A stretch of DNA of 64,000 bases from contig JACNJH010000129.1 of the NCBI GenBank assembly GCA_014382665.1, positions 305-64,304 on the forward strand, written 5' to 3'. This document shows positions 44,073 through 52,606 of this stretch, in pieces. Source of the DNA: Candidatus Desulfatibia profunda (lineage in GTDB: Bacteria; Desulfobacterota; Desulfobacteria; Desulfobacterales; UBA11574). The translations under genes were made by a program, and so were the position numbers. Position 1 is the stretch's first letter; every line of letters starts with the position of its first letter. The notes below the pieces were generated by a model, which had not been told where the DNA came from, made no database searches, and worked only from the letters and a program-made list of their open reading frames with translations.

Positions 44073-44681
44073 ATGATTGCCACCCGGCACCAGCTATCCA
44101 AAATTCGCCATACCGCTTATGAGCCTTTTTTACAGCGCCTTGAGGCGGTATATGCCGCCATGGACCGCAAATACAAAGAAGCCGCAGACTATTATGGTTT
44201 TGATTGTAGCGGTTGCCAAGACAACTGCTGCTTGAGCCGGTTTTATCATCACACCTTGCTGGAATACCTTTATATATTGGAAGGCTTCAAAACACTCGAT
44301 AAGGAAAAACAAAACAAGGTAAAAAGCAACGCCTCGGAGGTATGCCGAAAAACGGTCTTGGCCGATAAAAAAAGGCAAACCGTGCGACTGATGTGCCCGC
44401 TCAACGGCGACGGTTTTTGTCTGCTTTATGCGTTCCGCCCCATGATCTGCAGACTGCACGGCATTCCCCATGAACTTCGGCTGCCCGGCCAGGAGGTCAC
44501 TCGCCGTCCGGGCTGCGGCACTTTTTCGGAGCAATTTCTGGCAAAGAGCTATTTTGCGTTTGACCGCACAACTTTTTTTATCGAGATGGCCGGCCTCGAA
44601 AAGGAACTCAAGCCGGCAACCGGCATGAGGCAGAAGGTGAAGATGACCGTCGCAGAAATAATAGACAGTTTCCATCCATAA
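44073..44681 (+). CDS. YkgJ-family (CxxCxxCC) cysteine-cluster protein
   Basis: CSGCQDNCC ... CPLNGDGFCLLYAFRPMICRLHG. Confidence 0.75.
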   Translation: MIATRHQLSKIRHTAYEPFLQRLEAVYAAMDRKYKEAADYYGFDCSGCQDNCCLSRFYHHTLLEYLYILEGFKTLDKEKQNKVKSNASEVCRKTVLADKKRQTVRLMCPLNGDGFCLLYAFRPMICRLHGIPHELRLPGQEVTRRPGCGTFSEQFLAKSYFAFDRTTFFIEMAGLEKELKPATGMRQKVKMTVAEIIDSFHP

Positions 44682-44762
44682 ATGGCTATTTTCCCGATGA
44701 GCGGCGTTCTCCGCAGGTTTTCGTTAGTTTATTGAGAAAATACCTTTCAGAAACGTTAAGTT

Positions 44763-45545
44763 ATGAAATACATAGACATTGACAACCTGGAGCAATTGCC
44801 AGGCAGAAGGCTTGAGGCCGGCGACACATTTTTGTTTCGCTGCCATCCGAAAATCGCCTGCTTTAATCAATGCTGCCGCAACCTTAATCTTTTTTTGTAC
44901 CCGTATGACGTTATCCGTCTGAAAAAGCGGCTAAACATTACATCCAATGAATTTCTGGACAACCATGTCGATATTGTTTTAAGAGCTTCGAATTTTTATC
45001 CCGAAGTACTCCTTAAAATGTCAGACCACACAGAGCGGACCTGCCCTTTTTTGAGCAATGCCGGCTGCATGGTCTATCCGGACCGGCCGGATACCTGCCG
45101 GACCTTTCCGCTGGAGCAGGGTGTTCTTTACGATGCCGCCGGCAATTCGACAACACTTGTTCATTTCTTCAGACCGCCGGATTTCTGCAAAGGACAACAC
45201 GAAAACAGCGTGTGGACGACCCGATCATGGGCCCAGGACCAGCAAGCCGTCATTTATAATCAAATGACGCTGCAATGGTCGGAACTCAAGCGCCGGTTTC
45301 AGGACGACCCCTGGGGCCAAGAGGGACCGGTAGGCCCCAAAGCCAAAATGGTCTTTATGGCCACCTACAACCTCGATCAGTTTCGTGACTTTGTGTTGAA
45401 CAGCACTTTTTTGAGGCGCTACAAAGTAAAATCCGCAACCCTTAACAAGATCCGCTCCGAGGATGTGGAATTGATGCAGTTTGGGTTTGAATGGGTCGAA
45501 TTCTTCATCTGGGGAATCAAACCCAGGTCTTTTAAACTCCGGTAG
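44763..45545 (+). CDS. YkgJ-family cysteine-cluster protein, paralog of 50517-51269
   Basis: FRCHPKIACFNQCCRNLNLFLYPYDVIRLKKRL ... CPFLSNAGCMVYPDRPDTCRTFP. Confidence 0.75.
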   Translation: MKYIDIDNLEQLPGRRLEAGDTFLFRCHPKIACFNQCCRNLNLFLYPYDVIRLKKRLNITSNEFLDNHVDIVLRASNFYPEVLLKMSDHTERTCPFLSNAGCMVYPDRPDTCRTFPLEQGVLYDAAGNSTTLVHFFRPPDFCKGQHENSVWTTRSWAQDQQAVIYNQMTLQWSELKRRFQDDPWGQEGPVGPKAKMVFMATYNLDQFRDFVLNSTFLRRYKVKSATLNKIRSEDVELMQFGFEWVEFFIWGIKPRSFKLR

Positions 45546-45722
45546 CTTTCAATCCATTTTGGCATAAAAAATCAGCGGTTTCCCTCGAAAGATAAATCAA
45601 TAAGATTAATGATTGCCATGTGTATCCCAGTTTGTTATGTTTTTAGAATATCTACTGGATATGCTTGATTCCATCGCAATGGTTTGAATGTCCCAAACAT
45701 CTTAAGATGCGGAAAAATTGAA

Positions 45723-48230
45723 ATGAAAGCCCCTTCTTTTTTCATCCCTTTCAAGCGGTGCCTCAAGGTTGATTCTTTTGGCAAATGCTTAGCTGTAATC
45801 GCGCTTTTTATCGGCCTGCTGATTTGGGTGACCACTCCTCTTTGTTCCAGGGCGGCTCATCAACCCCTGAAAGTGGGCATTTATCAGAACAAGCCGCTTG
45901 TTTTCATTGACATCAATGGAAAAGTAAAGGGACTTTATATTGATATCATCAAACACATCGCCTCAAAAGAAAAATGGAACATTCAGTATGTTCCAGGATC
46001 ATGGCAGCAGTGTTTGGAAAGACTTGAAAGCGGCGAGATCGATACCCTGGTTGCCATAGCCTATAACAAAGAAAGAGCCCAAAAATATCTTTTTACCAAG
46101 GAAATCGTCTTTTCGAATTGGGGCCGGGTATACACGCAGGAGAATTTAAATATTAACTCCATTCTAAACCTGACTGAAAAGAAGATCGCCGTCCTGAAGA
46201 ATGATATCTATTATGAGAATTTAAAAAAACTCCTTCAAAGCTTTGGCGTGAGGTCCGACTTTGTCGAAGTGGAAGACTATGAATCCGTATTCCGGGCCGT
46301 TCAGGCCAAAGAAGCGCATGCGGGAATTATTGGCCGCCTCTATGGTGTGCAACATGAAGATGAATATCAAGTTGACAAAAGTCCCATCGTCTTTTCCCCG
46401 GTGGAACTGCGTTTTGCGTTTCACATGAATGATTACAAGACGATAATGCACGTCTTAGATAAATATCTTCAGGATTTAAAGGCAAACCGGCAATCCGTTT
46501 ATTACCGATCATTGGATAATTGGATCGGAAAGGCTCCCGACAGACAATTTCCAAATTGGACTGTTCCGGCACTCATATCCATAGGCGCCTTATTTTTGCT
46601 CTTGCTTGTGTCCAGCATCGTCTTGAAATCCCAAATTAAAGTCAAAACAGCCGAGATGGCCCGCAAAAACCTGGAACTGGCAGCCGAAGTTGCCGAGCGC
46701 AAGCAGGCCGAAGCGGCCTTGCAGGAATCGGAGGAAAAGTATCGACTTCTAGTGGAAAATGCCAATGATGCCGTTTTCATCGCGCAGGATGATGTGGTCA
46801 AGTTTCCGAATCCCAAGACCGTGGAAATGACGGGCTACTCTGCTGAAGAGCTGGCTAAAACGCCTTTCTCCCAAATAGTCCACCCGGACGACCGCCGGAT
46901 GGTTATGGACAGACACAAAAGAAGATTAAACGGAGCAACACCGCCTGGAACATACTCCTTCAGGATCTTAAATAAATCCGGCCAAAAACTGTGGGTTGAG
47001 CTGAGCACGGTTTTCATCCGCTGGGAAGAAAGGCCGGCTACCCTTAACTTTCTGAGAGACGTCAGCGCCCAAAAGAAGCTGGAAGCCCAATTCATGCACG
47101 CCCAAAAAATGGAGGCCGTAGGCATCCTTGCGGGAGGTATAGCTCATGATTTCAATAACCTTCTTCAGGCCATCCTGGGTTTTACGCAGCTTGCCCTGGC
47201 GGATTGCAGCCGCGATGACCCCAAGTTTGACCACCTGGAAGCGATCGAAAAAGCCGGCCTCAAGTCGGCCGAACTCATCCGGCAGCTCTTGACCTTCAGC
47301 CGCAAGATCGAAAGCCATTTGCGGCCCCTCGACCTCAATCATTTTGTGCGGCAGATCAAAGAAATCTTATTTAGAACCATTCCGAAAATGATCGCTATTG
47401 AACTGCATCTCGACGATAACATCAAAACGGTCAATGCCGACCCCGGGCAAATTGAACAAATGCTGATCAATCTTGCCGTAAATGCCCGCGACGCCATGCC
47501 GGAAGGGGGCAAATTGATCATCGAAACCGCAAACGTCACGCTGGACAGGGACTATTGCCGCATCCACCTGGGAGCCGAACCCGGCGAACATGTCCTTTTG
47601 AAAGTTACGGACAGCGGCCATGGCATGGATAAAGATATACTTGAACACATTTTTGAGCCGTTCTATACCACCAAAGCATTGGGAGAGGGGACGGGTCTGG
47701 GTCTCTCCACAGTATACGGCATTGTAAAGAGCCATGGCGGTTATATCACCTGCAACAGTGAACCCGGGAAAGGGACCACCTTCAAGATATACATCCTTGT
47801 TTCCCAAGCGTCATTGCAATCCAACGATGTTGAGGATATTAAAGAAAACGACGTGCGAGGCGGTACGGAAACCATCTTGATCGTGGATGACGAAGAGTCG
47901 CTCAGAACTTTAGGGGAACAGATATTGAAACGATCCGGATATACCGTATTAACCGCTTCAAACGGTGAGGATGCTCTAGCACTGTACGTACAAAAAAAGG
48001 ATCAGATCGACCTGGTCTTGCTCGATTTAATCATGCCGGGTATAGACGGCCGAAGGTGTCTTGAAGAGATTCTGCAAATAAACCCCGCTGCCAAAGTTGC
48101 AATTGCTAGCGGTTATTCCATCAATAGCCCGAGCAGAAAAGCCGCTCTAGACAGAGCCAAAGGATTTATCAACAAACCTTTTGGTGTCAAAGAGATGCTC
48201 AAGATTGTCCGCGAGATTCTGGATAATTAA
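45723..48230 (+). CDS. hybrid sensor histidine kinase (periplasmic SBP-like domain, TM, PAS, HisKA, HATPase, receiver)
   Basis: Contains an H-box, AHDFNNLLQAI, and N/G boxes NLAVNARDAMP, DSGHGM and GTGLGL. The C-terminal receiver reads ILIVDDE...DLVLLDLIMPG...KP. Confidence 0.9.
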   Translation: MKAPSFFIPFKRCLKVDSFGKCLAVIALFIGLLIWVTTPLCSRAAHQPLKVGIYQNKPLVFIDINGKVKGLYIDIIKHIASKEKWNIQYVPGSWQQCLERLESGEIDTLVAIAYNKERAQKYLFTKEIVFSNWGRVYTQENLNINSILNLTEKKIAVLKNDIYYENLKKLLQSFGVRSDFVEVEDYESVFRAVQAKEAHAGIIGRLYGVQHEDEYQVDKSPIVFSPVELRFAFHMNDYKTIMHVLDKYLQDLKANRQSVYYRSLDNWIGKAPDRQFPNWTVPALISIGALFLLLLVSSIVLKSQIKVKTAEMARKNLELAAEVAERKQAEAALQESEEKYRLLVENANDAVFIAQDDVVKFPNPKTVEMTGYSAEELAKTPFSQIVHPDDRRMVMDRHKRRLNGATPPGTYSFRILNKSGQKLWVELSTVFIRWEERPATLNFLRDVSAQKKLEAQFMHAQKMEAVGILAGGIAHDFNNLLQAILGFTQLALADCSRDDPKFDHLEAIEKAGLKSAELIRQLLTFSRKIESHLRPLDLNHFVRQIKEILFRTIPKMIAIELHLDDNIKTVNADPGQIEQMLINLAVNARDAMPEGGKLIIETANVTLDRDYCRIHLGAEPGEHVLLKVTDSGHGMDKDILEHIFEPFYTTKALGEGTGLGLSTVYGIVKSHGGYITCNSEPGKGTTFKIYILVSQASLQSNDVEDIKENDVRGGTETILIVDDEESLRTLGEQILKRSGYTVLTASNGEDALALYVQKKDQIDLVLLDLIMPGIDGRRCLEEILQINPAAKVAIASGYSINSPSRKAALDRAKGFINKPFGVKEMLKIVREILDN

Positions 48231-48233
48231 AAG

Positions 48234-48257
48234 CCCCTGCCGAAGCGCCGGCAGGGG
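48234..48257. terminator. GC hairpin between convergent histidine kinase and proA genes
   Basis: CCCCTGCCG (48234-48242) pairs with CGGCAGGGG (48249-48257), with a 6-nt loop. Confidence 0.6.
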
Positions 48258-48284
48258 CAGAGTCAAGAGTTCGGGATTCGGGGT

Positions 48285-49583
48285 TTACCGATTGCTGAAG
48301 GATTTGTTCAGGGGACGGTGAGAGAATTGTTTCGATCCGCCGGCGTAGTCGGCCACCACCTGGCCGCTGCCCTTTAACTTCCACTTGTAGATCACCAGGC
48401 CTTCGAGGCCGACCGGACCCCGGGCGTGGATCTTGCTGGTGCTGATGCCGACCTCGGCCCCGAGGCCGTAACGGAAACCGTCGGAAAATCGCGTGCTGCA
48501 GTTCCAGAAAACGTTGCCCGAATCGCACAAATCCATGAATATGGTGGCCGAATCGGGGTTGCCGGTCACAATGGCGTCCGTGTGCCTGGACCCGTAAGTG
48601 TTGATGTGGTCGATGGCCTCGGAAAGGCTGTTGACGACTTTGACCGACAGGATCGTGTCCAGGTATTCCGTTTTCCAGTCTTCTTCAACAGCCTCGACAA
48701 CATCGATGAACGAGCGGGTCTTTTGGCAGCCCCGAATTTCCACATTATGCCGTTCAAGGGCCTGCTGCAGGCCGGGGAGAAAATCCGCGGCCACGGCCGC
48801 GTGAACCAGCAGCGTTTCCATAGCATTGCAAACCGCCACATACTGACACTTGGCGTCAAGAGCAATCCGTGTTGCCATATCAAGGTCGGCATCGGCGTCC
48901 ACGTAAACATGGCAGATCCCGTCGGCGTGACCCAAAACCGGTATTCTGGAATGGTCCATGATGTAGCGCACGAATTCATTCGAGCCGCGGGGAATGATCA
49001 GATCGATGAACTCGTCAAGCTTCAGCATGTTATTGACATCTTCCCGCCGCTCCAGCAGTTGGAGCCAGCCTGGGGGAATACCGGCTGCTTGGGAGGCCTC
49101 GCCAATGACCGATGCCAGGATGCGATTGGTGTTGGCCGCTTCCGAGCCGCCCTTAAGCAGAACGGCATTGCCGCTCTTTAAACACAGGGTCGAAATCTGC
49201 ACCAGGGCGTCAGGCCGCGATTCGAAAATCAAGCCGATGACGCCAATGGGACAGCTCACCTTGTAGAGCTCGAGGTCTTTGTCCAACTCGGTGGCCGACA
49301 GCGTGGCGCCGACCGGATCAGGGAGTTTAAGCAGGCTGTTGATGCCGGCAACCACCTCGGCAATCTTTTTTTCGTCGAATTTTAGCCGCTTGAGCAATGG
49401 TGCCGCCAGGTCGTTCTCCTTGCTGACCCTTAAATCCTCCCGGTTTGCCGCAAAAATAGCATCGCGATGGGTCTCCAATGCCGCAGCGATGGCATTTAGG
49501 GCTTTATGTTTCACTTTTGTTTCAGCGGCGGCCAAATGGATCGATGCCGTTTTTGCCGTTTGGGCTGTTTGTCGAATACCCAT
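48285..49583 (-). CDS. proA: gamma-glutamyl phosphate reductase
   Basis: 432 aa of the aldehyde dehydrogenase-type ProA pattern (...IPRGSNEFVRYI...VCNAMETLLVH...STRFSDG). Confidence 0.93.
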   Translation of the reverse strand: MGIRQTAQTAKTASIHLAAAETKVKHKALNAIAAALETHRDAIFAANREDLRVSKENDLAAPLLKRLKFDEKKIAEVVAGINSLLKLPDPVGATLSATELDKDLELYKVSCPIGVIGLIFESRPDALVQISTLCLKSGNAVLLKGGSEAANTNRILASVIGEASQAAGIPPGWLQLLERREDVNNMLKLDEFIDLIIPRGSNEFVRYIMDHSRIPVLGHADGICHVYVDADADLDMATRIALDAKCQYVAVCNAMETLLVHAAVAADFLPGLQQALERHNVEIRGCQKTRSFIDVVEAVEEDWKTEYLDTILSVKVVNSLSEAIDHINTYGSRHTDAIVTGNPDSATIFMDLCDSGNVFWNCSTRFSDGFRYGLGAEVGISTSKIHARGPVGLEGLVIYKWKLKGSGQVVADYAGGSKQFSHRPLNKSFSNR

Positions 49584-49625
49584 TGAAAGATCTCCTGATT
49601 TCGTAATCTAAATAATAGTAAATTA

Positions 49626-50441
49626 TTAAAGCACGCCCGGTGGCATCGGTGCAATCTTTTCTCCCCCTAGAACATAACCGCCGTCCAGCCGCAAAACACT
49701 CCCGGTCATAAACGGGGCATCTTTGATGATGAAAAGTACTGTCTTTACGACGTCCTTGACAGTACCGATCCTCTCCAGCAAAGTGTGATCGATCAACGCT
49801 TGTTTCTGATCGTCGGAGAGCAGTTCCCAGCCTCTGGTATCGGGACCATGCCGGGTTTCAACAAAGCCCAGCATGATTTCGTTCACGCGAACCTGGGGCG
49901 CTCCCATCCGGGCCCACGTTTCCGTCAACAGCGAGATCCCCCGGTTCACGGCGCCATAACCGTCATTGAATATATAACCGGCCGGGCCCGAACGTCCAAC
50001 AATGCCGGCTATAGAGGAAAAATTAATAATCACACCGTCACCGGAGGCCTTGAGATAAGGGAGGGCTGAATCAAATATCCAGCGTTTGGCGCGCAGGGTG
50101 GTTTCCATCTCAAGGTCCCACTGTTCCTGAGTGTACGGTCCGTGAACCACCGGCCAGCCGCCCCGCTCGATGTTATTGATCAGAATATCCAGGCGACCGA
50201 AGTGTTCCACGACCTTTTGGACAAGCCCCGGTATTTTATCGATTTCAAGCAGATTTGTTCGGATAATCAGGTGCTCATGGCCGGTTGCGGCAAAGTCCTG
50301 TTTCAACTCCGCCAGGCTTTCTTCCCAGTCAAAATAGTTTAAAGCGACCTTGGCGCCTTCCTCGGCCAGAGCCAGCCCGATCCCTTTTCCGATCCCTTTT
50401 ATCGCCCCCAGCACCAGCGCCACTTTGTCTTTGATTTTCAT
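49626..50441 (-). CDS. SDR-family oxidoreductase
   Basis: N-terminal ALVLGAIKGIGKGIG Rossmann motif, an NNI motif, and an SDR-like core. Confidence 0.8.
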   Translation of the reverse strand: MKIKDKVALVLGAIKGIGKGIGLALAEEGAKVALNYFDWEESLAELKQDFAATGHEHLIIRTNLLEIDKIPGLVQKVVEHFGRLDILINNIERGGWPVVHGPYTQEQWDLEMETTLRAKRWIFDSALPYLKASGDGVIINFSSIAGIVGRSGPAGYIFNDGYGAVNRGISLLTETWARMGAPQVRVNEIMLGFVETRHGPDTRGWELLSDDQKQALIDHTLLERIGTVKDVVKTVLFIIKDAPFMTGSVLRLDGGYVLGGEKIAPMPPGVL

Positions 50442-50516
50442 AATTCAATATGTTCCGGGTTACGAGTTTCGAGTTGCGGGTTAATCATCATGGACGATCG
50501 GCTCAAGTATCAAAAA

Positions 50517-51269
50517 TCAAGTTTCGAGTTGCAAGTTTGCAAAAGGGGTGTCCTTTATCCATTGAAGCCCGATTCGCAGCAGGGCTTCATCCCCATGCTT
50601 TGCGGCCTCCAACATGTCGGCATCCAGTTCATGTTCTTTTAAATTTTCTTTTTCAAAAATGTAGGCTCTGAATTTGTCCAGATCGTAACAGGCCATGTGA
50701 AAGGCAAGACTCGCCTTGATATCCAGCCGGCCAGGTTTCAGGCGATTCTTGAGGCTGATAATTTCCATCATCATATCGTTCATCTGATTGTAAATGGTAA
50801 GTTCCTGGCTCTCTACCCATTCTGCAACGGTCTGGCTTTGATCCTGGCAAAACCCCAGGCAATGCGGCTCTTGCAGCAGCATGTATTGCTCCTGCATGCG
50901 GCCGGTTTCCCGCGACCGGGATAAAACCCGCATCAGCGGATACGCCCGGCAGGATGAGGGGCGATCCTGGTAAACACTGCATCCTGTCTGGGTCACAAAC
51001 GGGCATTTTAGTTCCCGAGAATGATCGGCTTTGAACGTAATGATCGGGAGTCCGGATTCTGGACCGGTATGCTGTCTGGTGTAACGCTCCAAAAAAAGAC
51101 CGGAGGGCAGGTCCAGACGGTTTTTCAGACGCAGAATATCATATGGGGTCAGATACTGGTTTAAATCCCGGCAGCATTCATTAAAACAGGACACCCGCTC
51201 TGAGCACGCAAATCTGAAGGTGTCGCTCAGCGAAAGCGGGGTCATGTTATCACCATTATCCATAGACAT
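50517..51269 (-). CDS. YkgJ-family cysteine-cluster protein, paralog of 44763-45545
   Basis: FRFACSERVSCFNECCRDLNQYLTPYDILRLKNRL ... CPFVTQTGCSVYQDRPSSCRAYP. Confidence 0.75.
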   Translation of the reverse strand: MSMDNGDNMTPLSLSDTFRFACSERVSCFNECCRDLNQYLTPYDILRLKNRLDLPSGLFLERYTRQHTGPESGLPIITFKADHSRELKCPFVTQTGCSVYQDRPSSCRAYPLMRVLSRSRETGRMQEQYMLLQEPHCLGFCQDQSQTVAEWVESQELTIYNQMNDMMMEIISLKNRLKPGRLDIKASLAFHMACYDLDKFRAYIFEKENLKEHELDADMLEAAKHGDEALLRIGLQWIKDTPFANLQLET

Positions 51270-51349
51270 CTACCCTTAGTGCTCTAATTCGTAAATATGG
51301 TGACGTATTTTATGGTAGGCCACCACATTCAAAGGGGCCAAGGATCATA

Positions 51350-51474
51350 AAAGTGACTAAAGTTTGAAGTGAGCTAAAGTTGTGGAATCCGCCTGCGGCG
51401 AAGCCAATTTTAAAAATGATAGAATTCATTAACTTTAGGCACTTTAGATCACTTTAGGCACTTTAAACTTTGAA
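51350..51474. repeat. inverted pair of 8-10-nt word arrays in the aprB upstream region
   Basis: Left arm, 51350-51381: AAAGTGAC TAAAGTTT GAAGTGAG CTAAAGTT. Right arm, 51431-51474: AACTTTAGGC ACTTTAGATC ACTTTAGGC ACTTTAA ACTTTGAA. The shared core is CTAAAGT/ACTTTAG. Confidence 0.8.
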
Positions 51475-51810
51475 ATTAAATGGATAAACTAGATATTATA
51501 CGTAATCGTATTTAAGAATACGTACACTTAATATCTTGTATCTTGTATCATTCACTCCCATGTCAACACCTAAATGCATCCGTGCTGAAAACCGTCCCTG
51601 CCGTTTCGAAGTTGCCCCTGATAACGCTTGATTTAAACCGCAGCCGTCTTTCATGCTATACGGGATTCATATCCTGAATTTTTTGAAGAACATGAACGCA
51701 TTTCAGCACCACATATAGTGCTGGTTAAAAAACGGCCATCCAGATATCGACATGGGCAGCCTGGGGTTTTAAGGCTTTATTTTTTAACAATTTAGTTTGC
51801 CCAAAAGTTC

Positions 51811-51839
51811 TTGACAAGCATAATGTTAATTGGTATTGA
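51811..51839 (+). promoter_or_regulatory. candidate sigma70 promoter for aprBA
   Basis: TTGACA, 17-nt spacer, TATTGA. This would give a ~255-nt leader before aprB. Based on pattern match only. Confidence 0.3.
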
Positions 51840-52100
51840 TTTGCTTTGATTTTCGACCATGATCTATCTTCTTGATATTAAAGTATATTTTCATGCCGGG
51901 CCCTTGTATTTATATCACGGTGTTCCGTGATTTGGATGAAATAGGAAAGACGTTTTTCGTTGATTATTTAAAAAGGCGGCCAAAAAGTAGTTTTTCGGGC
52001 CAAAAGTATGAAGGGAGGTGCCAAAAGCTTAATAACTGTACCAAAAGATTATCAGAGGTTGAAATATTGAACTTTTAAGCAAAATCAGGAGGTATCGTAA

Positions 52101-52538
52101 ATGCCAAGTTTTGTAATTACTGAAAAATGCGATGGCTGCAAAGGCGGAGACAAAACCGCCTGCATGTACATTTGTCCTAACGACCTGATGGTTCTGGAGC
52201 CCAATGAAATGAAGGCCTACAACCAGGAACCGGATCAGTGTTGGGAATGTTTTTCATGTGTCAAGATCTGCCCCACCCAGGCAATCGAGGTAAGAGGTTA
52301 TGCCGATTTTGTGCCGCTGGGAAGCAGCATTGTGCCGATGCTGGGAACCGAGGATGTTATGTGGACCTGCAAATTCAGAAACGGGACCATCAAGCGCTTC
52401 AAGTTCCCCATCCGGACAACCCCGGAAGGCGGCGCCAACGCTTACAAGGATATGAAAGGCAAAGACCTTGACAGCGAACTGCTTTGCACCGAAGAGGCTG
52501 ACGGTTGCAAACTTCCGAAACCGCTGGCAACCGTCTAA
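52101..52538 (+). CDS. aprB: adenylylsulfate reductase beta subunit
   Basis: MPSFVITEKCDGCKG...CMYICPNDLM...CWECFSCVKICP...RGYADFVPLG. RBS is AGGAGG. Confidence 0.97.
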   Translation: MPSFVITEKCDGCKGGDKTACMYICPNDLMVLEPNEMKAYNQEPDQCWECFSCVKICPTQAIEVRGYADFVPLGSSIVPMLGTEDVMWTCKFRNGTIKRFKFPIRTTPEGGANAYKDMKGKDLDSELLCTEEADGCKLPKPLATV

Positions 52539-52606
52539 GCGGGCGCTGGCTTTTTACAGATCCAAAAAAAACGATCAATTTAGAAAATAGTTAAGGAGGA
52601 CATAAT

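Noticed and set aside
51872-52078. 68-aa ORF in the aprB leader
   Set aside because: It is AT-rich with no RBS. It lies within the expected aprB 5' UTR and has no recognisable motifs.
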